Positions 35,901 through 47,900 of a DNA stretch of 64,000 bases are shown here, piece after piece (position 1 is the first letter of the stretch; the number at the start of each line of letters is the position of its first letter). The stretch spans positions 32,308,437 to 32,372,436 of the forward strand of contig NC_092672.1 in the NCBI RefSeq assembly GCF_964355755.1, written 5' to 3'. Position numbers and translations under genes: made by a program. Under the pieces are notes generated by a model that made no database searches, was not told the DNA's origin, and was given only the letters and a program-made list of their open reading frames with translations. Origin of the DNA: Antedon mediterranea (Eukaryota > Animalia > Echinodermata).

Positions 35901-38900
35901 TGCCGTTTGTAGCTTCTTTTTCATGTTCGCATGGTCATATGAAATGGTTGAGGACATTATATTAATAATGATAACCATAATGACTTGTTCGTTAATATTT
36001 GTTCTTGCTGTGAGTATGGAACGCTTCATAGCTATTGCAGCTCCGATAAAATATCGATACATTGTTACCGGAAGAAGATTAGCAATTCTATGTACTTTCT
36101 TATGGGTACTGGTCGTGTGCGTAATTGTTAAATTTTGTATAATGACTAGTTATTTCACTGTGAGGCTCAGTCTCGCATTGACTGTCATTGTGGTATTTGT
36201 GTATATATTGATGTACTTTATTTTAAAACATTCAACTAACCAACATTCAACGGCTGGATCTGCTAGACAGGCTAGATTACGATCAGTATTTATCACGTTT
36301 AGCATTCTGGTGTTTTCTCTGTTCCTGTGTTTGATACCAAACCAGATATTGTTGTTAATTCATTTAGAATGTATGGATTTATCAAATATGTCAAGTTGTT
36401 CCTGGAATGATTATTACTATCAGATTACTTTGCCGCTTCTGATGATGAATTCGGCTTTAAATCCCATCGTATACTGGTGGCGCATTCCAGAGCTGAGAGA
36501 CGGAATCAAACGTGTATCATGCTTCATATTATTATGTTCTGAACCAGAAAATAGAAACAACGAATGTAACCAGGGTGTAGATGAGCAACAGGTGTAAGAT
36601 ATCCAATCTCAAACTTCCAAACAGCAGAGAAATTGACTCTACACAATCAAACTAGTGTGATGTGCCAAATATGGTAGTGATATGACATCATTGTGTCCAT
36701 ATATGGGCACATCACATTTTTTTTGTCACATAAAATTTGATAGCGTAGATAGAGCTTTAACATTCAAATACACTGGACATAAATAGAGATCCTTATCACA
36801 ACCACCAACCTGGACAAATGAAGAAATTAAACCAATCTATTGAATTTTTAAGTTTAAAATTGAAATCTTACTAAGACTGATTATAGACGTAGAGCTAAAA
36901 TCTAGAAGTAAGAAAGTAACTTCTGTAAAATCCAATTACCAGGCAGGTTTCAGGTGATCGTGCATTTTTCAAATATGGCCCTGTGTTCTCGAATGCTCTT
37001 CCAGCACAAATTAGACTGACTGAAACAATAGTTTTGTTTAAACGCCTTTTTAAAACGTATTTATTTCCCAAGTAGTTTTAATATCTGAGACTTCTATATT
37101 TTTATATTTTTTAATATTCCTATTTGCATATTATCTCACAATGGTTAAACTGTTACTACAAAATGAATATCCTGAAACAAGACCGATCATTGTGCAAAGA
37201 CCTAGTTTTCACGAAAATGAAAAAATAATAATAACAGGTTTATGAATCTATTCTGCAAAAAGAGCCAAGCTCAAATTATTATTATTATTATTAAATTATT
37301 ATTATTGCATAAACAAATAAAGACATACACACTATGTATTTATTTGTAATGTCAGTAATTTTTTTTTTCTCTTTTGTGGGGGAAACCCACATTTATTTCC
37401 AATTTCAATAATGTCTAAAAAGATAATCATACCATATTAATATTATATTATGTCAGCAATTTATGTTTATCACTTTGTATGTATTTTTTATAATTTTTCC
37501 TAATAAATTCAAAATGTTTGGAGAAAATTTAGTACCAGCAGTTTAATACCAAGTTTCTGTTAAATAATTAAACACTGATTTTTCTTTATTGTTGGTAATT
37601 AAATTGCGCATGAACCTGAAATAATATTACATGGTACAAAAAGATCCCAATGTTAAAGTTTAAAGCCTCTTAAAGTAAATATCTATAACTTGTTTCATCT
37701 AGAATAACATCATTAAAGATACCTTTTCTTAAAACTGGTGATCTAATCTAAAATGAAACTATATATACATTGTGTCAACTTGTTTTCTGTGAATCGTGGA
37801 AGTTCCATGATTTCAACAAACCAAGTTTGACGTTAACAACATTAAATTTAATGTACGATATTTTGGTTATAGAATATAAAGAAGCATTCCTGGAATTATT
37901 ATACCAATTATCTGCTGTGCAGATTTGTAAGTCAGTCCATTTCTGAAACCTATACATAATATAATATTTGTTATCTATCAACATAGTAAACACTCCTAAC
38001 AGATGGATTACTCAAGCTACAATTGGACAGAGTATCCTTATTATTCTTGGGAAAATATTCATTTTTTGAGTGCCGGTTTGACAAGCATCATCAGTGTTGC
38101 CGGTATATTGGAAAACCTGCTTCTTATATTTGCTGTGTGCTCTATCCGTCAACTAAGAAAGAAATCTAATGTCTTACTTGTTAATCTTGCTGTCATAGAT
38201 TTTTTAAGTGCGCTTTCAAGCTTTATTGTTTTATTTGCACAGCCATATCAGGAGATTATGGCAATTGTAATGATGATGATAATCATAATGACTTGTTCGT
38301 TAGTATTTGTCCTAGCTGTGAGTATGGAACGCTTCATAGCTATTGCCGCTCCGATAAAATATCGATACATTGTTACAGGAAGAAGATTAGCAATACTATG
38401 TACTTTCTTATGGGTACTGATTTGTATATATATCTTAACATTTGGACATTCAATCCTACTTGTTCTCTTAAGCTCAGTCTCGCATTGACTATCATTGTGA
38501 GGCTCAGTCTCGCATTGACTATCATTGTGAGGCTCAGTCTCGCATTGACTATCATTGTGAGGCTCAGTCTCGCATTGACTATCATTGTGAGGCTCAGTCT
38601 CGCATTGACTATCACTGTGAGGCTCAGTCTCGCATTGACTATCATTGTGAGGCTCAGTCTCGCATTGACTATCACTGTGAGGCTCAGTCTCGCATTGACT
38701 ATCATTGTGAGGCTCAGTCTCGCATTGACTATCATTGTGAGGCTCAGTCTCGCATTGACTATCACTGTGAGGCTCAGTCTCGCATTGACTATCACTGTGA
38801 GGCTCAGTCTCGCATTGACTATCATTGTGAGGCTCAGTCTCGCATTGACTATCATTGTGAGGCTCAGTCTTGCATTGACGATCACTGTGAGGCTCAGTCT

Positions 38901-41900
38901 TGCATTGACTATCATTGTGAGGCTCAGTCTTGCATTGACTATCACTGTGAGGCTCAGTCTTGCATTGACTATCATTGTGAGGCTCAGTCTTGCATTGACT
39001 ATCACTGTGAGGCTCAGTCTTGCATTGACTATCACTGTAAAGCTCAGTCTTGCATTGACTCTTATTGTGGGATTTGTGTATATTTTGATGTACTTTATTT
39101 TAAAATATACAACTAACCAACATTCAACGGCTGCTAAACAGAAACGATTACGATCAGTATTTATTACATTTAGCATTCTGGTCTTTTCTCTGTTTTTGTG
39201 TTTGATACCGAATCAACTATTAATGATAATTTGTTATAACGCTGAATATACAGGTACTAAGGATTATTATTTTCAGATTTTTTTACCACTTCTGATGATG
39301 AATTCGGCTTTAAATCCCATCGTATACTGGTGGCGCATTCCAGAGTTGAGGAATGGAATCAAACGTGTATCATGCTTCATATTATGTTCTCGTTCTGAAC
39401 CAGAAAATAGAACAACGAATGTAACCAGGATGTAGATGAGCAACAGGTGTAAGACATCCAATCTCAAACTTCCAAACAGCAGAAAAATTTACTCTACACA
39501 ATCAAACTACTGTAGTGTGATGTGCCCAAATATGGTAGTGATATGAGATCATCGTGTCCATATATGGGCACATCACATATTTTCGTCACATAAAGTTTGA
39601 TACTGTAGACAGTGTCATAATAGATTTCATTATCACAACCACAAACTTGAAGAAATCAGAGGAACCAATCTATTGAATTTTTAAGTTTAAAATTGAAATC
39701 TTAGTAAGATACTTTCACTGATTATAGAAAATCTAGAATTAATCAAAGTAACTTCTGTACAATCCAATTACCAGGCAGGTTTCAGGTGATCATGCATTTT
39801 TTGTTTAGCTCCTAGAAAAGAGTTCATCGAGACATGGGAATGGTGGCAGATAATCTCACAATGGTCTGTTATTACAAAATGAATATCCTGAAACAAGACT
39901 GAAAAGACTTAGTTTTCACGAAAATGAAAAAAATAACAATAACAGGTTTATGGATCTATTCTGCAAAAAGAGCCAAGCTCAAATTATTATACTGTAGACA
40001 CTAATAAGTTTTTTTCTCCTTTGTGGGGGAAACCCACAGTTATTTCAAATTTCATTAATGTCTAAAACAATAATACGATATTAATTATTAATATATTATA
40101 ATGTCAGCAATTTATGTTTATCACTTTGTATGTAGTTTTTATAATGTAGTTTTTCTTGATAAATTAAAAATGTTTAGAGATAATTTAGTACCAGCAGTTT
40201 AATACCAAGTTTCTATTATATAATTAAAAACTCGATTTTTCTTGATTGTTGGTAATTAAATTGCGCATTAACCTATAAATAATATAGTCACATGGTATAA
40301 AACGAGCAACGATCCCAATGTTAAAGTTTAAAGCCTCTTAAAGTAAATATCTATTACTTGTTTCATCTAGAATAACATAATTAAACATTAGCTTTTCTGA
40401 AATTGGTGATTTAAACAGACAATATAAAAGAAACCCAGTATAAATTGCGGTAAATTTGGTTTTGTGAAATCGTGGAAACAAGTAACTATTTTCATTTCAA
40501 TGGACTGATCATGTACCTATAAATGTCATTGAATTGTAGAGAACTTGGAAAAATAAGCATTCTGGTATACTGATTACAATCTATTTTTCAGATGCGAGTA
40601 GATTTATTGTAGTCAATTGTTTTTCTGGGACTTCTACATCATTCAATAAAAATAGTTTATCTGATAAAGGTGAACACCTTTTGACAGATGGATAACTCCA
40701 GTTACTATAATTGGACACAATCAACGAATGATTTTTCTATTAATTTTGTAGATGATAATTTTATCATTGTTTGCATGACTAGCATCATTAGCGCTGCAGG
40801 AATATTCGAAAACCTGATTGTTATTTTAGCCGTTTGCTGTATTCGTCAACTAAGGAAGAAATCTAATGTTTTAATTGTTAACTTGGCAGTCGCTGATTTT
40901 TTAAGTGCCATTTTCAGTTTTTATTTTTTTTTTGCATCTTTAAAATTCTATTGGTTTCTTGCGAACGTTGTATTAATGATGATAACCATAATGACTTGTT
41001 CGTTAATATTTGTTCTTGCTGTGAGTATGGAACGCTTCATAGCTATTGCAGCTCCAATAAAATATCGATACATTGTTACAGGAAGAAGATTAGCAATACT
41101 ATGTACTTTCTTATGGGTGTCGGTCTCCTCCTGCGTAATCTTTCAATTTTTTACTACAACTATTTTTTTTGCTGTAAAGCTCAGTCTTGCATTGACTCTT
41201 ATTGTGGTATTTGTGTATATATTGATGTACTTTATTTTAAAACATTCAACTAACCAACATTCAACAGCTGCTAAACAGAAGCGATTACGATCAGTATTTA
41301 TCACGTTTAGCATTCTGGTCTTTTCTCTGTTCCTGTGTTTATTGCCAAACCAGATATTGTTGTTAATACATTTTAAACTTGAATTTATATCTTTTGAATT
41401 GGACTCTTGCTACTGGAAAGGATATTGTTATCGGATTACTTTACCGCTTCTCATGATGAATTCTGCTTTAAATCCCATCGTTTACTGGTGGCGCATTCCA
41501 GAGTTACGGGACGGAATCAAACGCGTATTATATTTTGTGTGTTGTCGTTCTGTAGCAGGAAATAGAAACGACGAGGAGAACCAGACAGATGAGCAACATG
41601 TGTAAAGTGTGTTTCGTTTTCCCGACGATTTATGCACCAATCATTTTACTCGATATGAGAGTAGCCGCGTCGTAAAAAGGAAAAGTTGCTGCTGCTGTAG
41701 CTTAATTTGACCTGAATTAGAGCTGAACCGAAGCAGGTGCGGAAGACCCTTTAGATACCCAAGCTCAATCTTTCGAAGCAAAAAAATATGTATATAACAC
41801 CAGTAATTATAAACATTGTTGTGGAACTCTAAGCGCTGTACATAATATACTCAGGTCATATTTGGATCAAACACGTATGGAAACATACGCTCATAATGCA

Positions 41901-44900
41901 GATAGTAATCTGTGTCTTGTATATTGATAATAATTGTGTACACAAGGGTGGAGAGAGGCAAACAGAAGTAAAATACCTTGCCTAAGGATACAAGCAATGC
42001 AGAGAGAGTTTGACTCGAACCCACAATCATTAGCCCATCATCCAACAAAGCCATAATAAATAAATTCTGACACAATTGTTGAATGCCAATATTTAAAAAA
42101 TTAATTTACTATTTACCATGTTACATTAGGTTTAGATTTATATATTACCAGAAAAAAAGTGATTAAATGTGGTGTTTTAAGACAACAATTGTAGTTGTCG
42201 TTCTTGTTATCCTTTTTAAAGTTTTTTTATTATATATTTAGGCAAATTGCCAAGGATAACCATAAGCAAATTCATTCACTATCCTTCTTAAAGGTGGCAA
42301 TCCTGTTCACAAGACAAACATATACACAAGATGCTCTACATAAACAAAGTCTTATTACAAGTCTTTGGGAGTGGAGTTGTAATTTCTTATTAGAAAAATC
42401 CTGACATATGACAGGACTTGAACCCAGGACACTTGAATTGGTAGCCAAGCATCATAACCACCAAGCCACAACTCCACTTTTCTTTGTGACAAGGAACATT
42501 GTTTTCTTCTAATACAGGATCTCCAATAATGGTTTTTAAACTAAGTCATGTATTGATATACATATCAATACATGTATTGATTATTTTGCCATTAATGACA
42601 TTAATAAATGTGCTTGTTCTTGAATTATACCAGCAGTTCTATTACTGGATGACTTGGTACCAAGCTTCTATGAAATAATTAAACACTGCCTTTTCTGGAA
42701 TATTGGTAATAAAATCACACATAATTTATGCATTGTCAGTATAAATAGTATGTATGGTATTTGTAAATGTAAAGTACAAGGACGTCAATGTTAAAGTTTA
42801 TATCCTCTTTAATAAAGTAATTGAATACCTAGTTTCTTCTAAAATAACTTCATTAAATATTGAATCAGATAATATATTTAGGAAACCCTGTACATATTGC
42901 GGCAAACTAGGTTGTGAAATCATTTGACACAAACACAAACTTTAACTGGAATGATGTGACTATGTTTTTGAAACATGCAGCCTACAGTATTTGGGTTTAG
43001 AACTTGGTGAATAGGCATTGCTGGTAATTTTATACCAATGACTTATTTTGCAGATTTGTGATATTACAAGTCTTTCTGGAAACTCTACATTTTTAAAAAC
43101 TTTATCTATAAATCGACAAAGTTAACATTGATGGATAGTTCAAGCCAAACTTGGTTGTTGGAGTATAATAATTCTTTACTTAATCGCTCTGAATATAATG
43201 ATATTGATATTAATTTTATCAGTGCTTGCATGACAAGCATTATTAGTGTGGCAGGAATATTTGAAAACCTGATTGTTATTTTGGCCGTTTGCTGTATTCG
43301 TCAACTACGAAGGAAATCAAATATTTTAATTGTCAACTTGGCCGTCGCTGATTTTTTAAGTGCCGTTTTTAATTTATATTTGCTTTTTGCATGGCAGTAT
43401 TCATTTGGGTTTATTGTAAACATTGTATTAATAATGATAATCATAATGATATTTTCGTTAGTATTTGTCCTAGCTGTGAGTATGGAACGCTTCATAGCTA
43501 TTGCTGCCCCAATAAAATACCGATACATTGTTACAGGAAGAAGATTAGCAATACTATGTACTTTCTTATGGGTATCGGTTTTGTACGTTGTAATTGTTCA
43601 ATTCTTCAAACCGTCTATTTTTGTTGTAAAGCTCAGTTTTACATTGACTATCATTGTGGGAATTGTGTATATTTTGATGTACTTTGTTTTAAAATATGCA
43701 ACTAACCGTGGACACTCATCAGCCGGATGTGCTAAACAGAAACGATTACGATCAGTATTTATCACATTTAGCATTCTGCTCTTTTCTCTGTTCCTGTGTT
43801 TGATACCAAACCAGATATTGCTGTTAACTCATTTAAAATATAGAAATTTAACTTATATGTTCTATAGTTGTTACTGGGAGGGACATTGCTATAATATTTC
43901 TTTACCGCTTCTGATGATGAATTCTGCTTTAAATCCCATCGTATACTGGTGGCGTATTCCAGAGTTGAGGAATGGAATCAAACGCGTATTATATTTTGTG
44001 TGTTGTCGTTATTTACCAGAAAATGGAAACAACGAAGGGGGTCAAACTGCTGAAACCTATGAACTCTGAACTTTGCTTACAACTTAAAAATACACTGTAT
44101 ATATAAATATAAATAATTATCTGTTGTCCTTAAGTGGAAAACATCTGTCCTGATTCAGGGGAAAAAATGATTGGTAGGCCTAAGCATTTCTTGTGAACAC
44201 TCATTTGAACTGGCTAGAGAGAGGCCTACATACAGTACAGACCAAAATACAGGGACTATACCCAGGGATATGACTGTTCTTTGTGAAAGCAGACATAAAG
44301 TAGAGGGTGGGACTATATACTAGAAGTGGGATTACACCCAAGGATATGGTATTAACATTAAAATTCCAGGCATAAAAACACTCGTTATCTGGACTAGTAA
44401 CATGTCATTAGCCATATAACAAATTCTGACCATACTTATCGTATGTCATTATTTAAACAAGATATATTTCTTACAAAAAACGACTTTTTGACGTAACAGT
44501 TTTAATTATTGTTCTTTCTTCATTAAATTATGTTTTTTTATAAAATTGATATTCTATTTAATAATTTAAATAAATTAAATAATGATTTATTATCATTTAT
44601 TATCATTTATTTTTGTCAATCAGTAGGCTAACATTTAGTGTAACCTAAAATATAGTCTGAAATGCTCTATTTAATCATAAAGCAGGGCCTATTAAATATT
44701 ACATTATTAAATACATATTGTTTTGAGAATGTAGATTATGATTGGATTCAGTGTCTTTCTGTAGTTGATTTAGCTTCTATATAAATTTACTTAATGGTAA
44801 AATTTGGTAAATCGCGTATAACTTTCAAAATGCTTACTCAATGGTACTGTATAGTAAAGTTTGTAGTTATTTTTGGTACCTAATGTAACCTTCTTTACTA

Positions 44901-47900
44901 ATTAAGTTTAGTTATTGACGAATAAAATGAATTTAGGATAAACGATTTGCCCTGAAAAGGGATGTTTTCCAAATGTGTTATACACTGTCTAATGGTTGTC
45001 GATGCTGAAACATACTTGCACGCAATAATACAAGGCTGTATCTATCTCCTTCAACAAAAATTGTTTTAAATTGCTGAAAACCAATTAAACAGCTCGAGTA
45101 CAGCATCATAATGTTGAAAACAAACCAACTTTATTTAAAAAGTACTATTTTAATAGATTTAATATACGTTTATACAAACATATTTTTTGGCGATGAATGG
45201 AACATTCCAATTTCAAGTGTCAATTTCCATAGGCGTAATAAATCAGTGCCCAACAAAAACCAGTACACTGCATTACCAGTCCGAGTTTACAAATTCTCAT
45301 TCCTGTCAAGCCGTAGTACTATAGGTTTCGCGTGATAAAGTTTCCTAATTCTTTTCATCCTCTTGAATATAACTGCCCAAAGGCACGTCGCAAAAATTCA
45401 TTTACTATTTAGCATGTTAGGTTTGAATTTATGTGGTATCAGAAAACAAGCCATTAATGTGGTGTTTTGAAACAACAATTGTACCAGCAGTTTATTACTG
45501 AATAACATGGTACCAAGTTCATATTACAGTTCTACACCATTAAAAATTGATGATAGAATATTGTTAATCAAATACTTTATGCATTAGCCTATAAATAGTA
45601 CGGTACATTGGTAAAATGTACAAGGATGCCAATGTTAAAGTTTATAGCCTCTTTAATAAAGTAATTGAATACCTAGTTTCTTTTAAAATAACTTCATTAA
45701 ACACTGAATCTGACAATATATAAAGGAAACCATGTACACATTGCGGCAAACTTGGTTGTGAAATCGTGGAAACAAGTTTGGCATGCAACAATCTTTAACT
45801 GGAATAATACATGGTGTGATTATTTTTTTTGCAACAGCCTACAGCATTTAGTTAAAAACTTGGCAAATGAGCATTGCTGGTACCAATAATCTATTTTTGT
45901 ATTTCTGAAACCTTCTCTAAATTATTTAAAATTTAATCTATAAATCGACAAAATGAACAGAGATGGATAACTCAAGCAAGGACTATGATTATTTTGATGA
46001 TATTAATGTTATCTCTGTTTTTGTTACTGGCATCATTAGTGTGGCAGGAATATTTGAAAACCTGATTGTTATTTTGGCTGTTTGCTGTATTCGTCAACTA
46101 CGGAAGAAATCTAATGTTTTAATTGTTAACTTGGCAGTTGCTGATTTTTTGGGTGCCTTTGTTAGTTTATATTTTCTTTTTTTATGGCCAGATGGGTTTA
46201 TTGCAATCATTGTATTAATAATGATAATCATAATGACTTGTTCGTTAGTATTTGTCCTAGCTGTGAGTATGGAACGCTTCGTAATTATTGCTGCTCCGAT
46301 AAAATACCGATACATTGTTACAGGAAGAAGATTAGCAATACTATGTACTTTCTTATGGGTATCTGTTTTGTGTGTTGTAATCGTTCAATTTTGGATATAT
46401 ACTATGTATGTTGTAAAGCTGAGCCTCACATTGACAATCATTGTGGGATTGGTGTATATCTTAATGTACTTTATTTTAAAATATGCAACTAACCAAAGAC
46501 ATTTGGTGGCAAGATCTGCTAAACAGAAACGATTACGATCAGTATTTATCACATTTAGCATTCTGGTCTTTTCTCTGTTCCTGTGTTTGATACCAAACCA
46601 GATATTGATGTTGACTCATTTAGAATTTCACCATTTATCTATTATGTTCTACAGTTGCTACTGGGAGGGACATTGCTATAATATTACTTTACCGCTTCTG
46701 ATGATGAATTCTGCTTTAAATCCCATCGTATACTGGTGGCGTATTCCAGAGTTGAGGAATGGAATCAAACGCGTATTATATTTTGTGTGTTGTCGTTATT
46801 TACCAGAAAATGGAAACAACGAAGGGGGTCAAAGTGATGAAACCTATGAACTATGAACTTTGCTTATAACTTAAAAATACAGTGTATATAAATAGAGATA
46901 ATTATCTATCGTCTCTAAGATTAAGTGGAATCTGTAGCCTGGTGAATACTGGATATGGTTGACTTTTAACATCAGTAATGTAGCCACAAGAAATAAAGTG
47001 ATCGCAAGAAAAGGGAACAATCTCTGTTCAAGCCACTGGGTTGTCAAAGGCCTCTGTGAAAAAGTGGTCAGATTCAAACCTTACTAACAGTACTGGTGGC
47101 TACGGCCCTGCCTATTCTACTTTCAACTACTGTATCTTATTGATACACACCCGCCAAGTTTAATAGCAATAACATGGCTCATTGTGATTTGTTAGGTGAT
47201 AATCTTTAAGTGGAATGAACCAGTACCAATGGTGGAGTACTTTTGTTTTATGGAATTATGGCAGTCTGAAAACAAGTATATAAAGCTTGGTTTCCACTAG
47301 CGACACAATGCAACGACGTATTGACGCTGACGCTGTATTACGTAATCAAAAGTGCGAACCAACATGGCAAAAGTGCTGCAAACACTGCAGGTTTGATTTC
47401 ACACATGCGGAGGAAAACACAATTATTGGAAGGGCATTTTCTTATGTTGCCATGGTTGGCTTACGTTGTGTCGCTAGTGGGAACCAAGCTTCATAAACGA
47501 TTTCTGCTGTTAAATAGATTAATTAAGAATTGAATCACAACAAACCAAAAACACAAAACGCCAAATATGGTTTCTTCTATAGAAACCAAAAATAAAAGGG
47601 GTGGAGGAAGACCACCAATATGGTGACCATACTTTTTCTCCATTTCTACAATTAATAGTCAAAATGAATTTATAAAAAATGAGAACCTTACTATCTCCTA
47701 AGTTAGCAATATAGAGGGCGCTGTCCACAACGAGAATGCAGATTGCTGTTGATCCATCTTTCCAAATTGGTTTTCTATTAAAAAAAAAAGACAAATTATT
47801 TCAACCTTAGTACCAACTCGACTTCGGTTTTTTCATTTTGATAGTCAACAAATATAATTCCTAACTTAAGCCTGTTTTCCTGTCAACTTTAGTCGACGCT

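Noticed and set aside
38373-39176. 267-aa antisense ORF (VNARLSLT repeats)
   Set aside because: It is the stop-free reverse reading of the 30-bp VNTR, with no independent coding evidence.
40951-46492. Recurrent ~100-aa alternative-frame ORFs inside the GPCRs (..CEYGTLHSYC..)
   Set aside because: They recur only because the paralogous GPCR DNA is conserved; there is no sign of independent selection.
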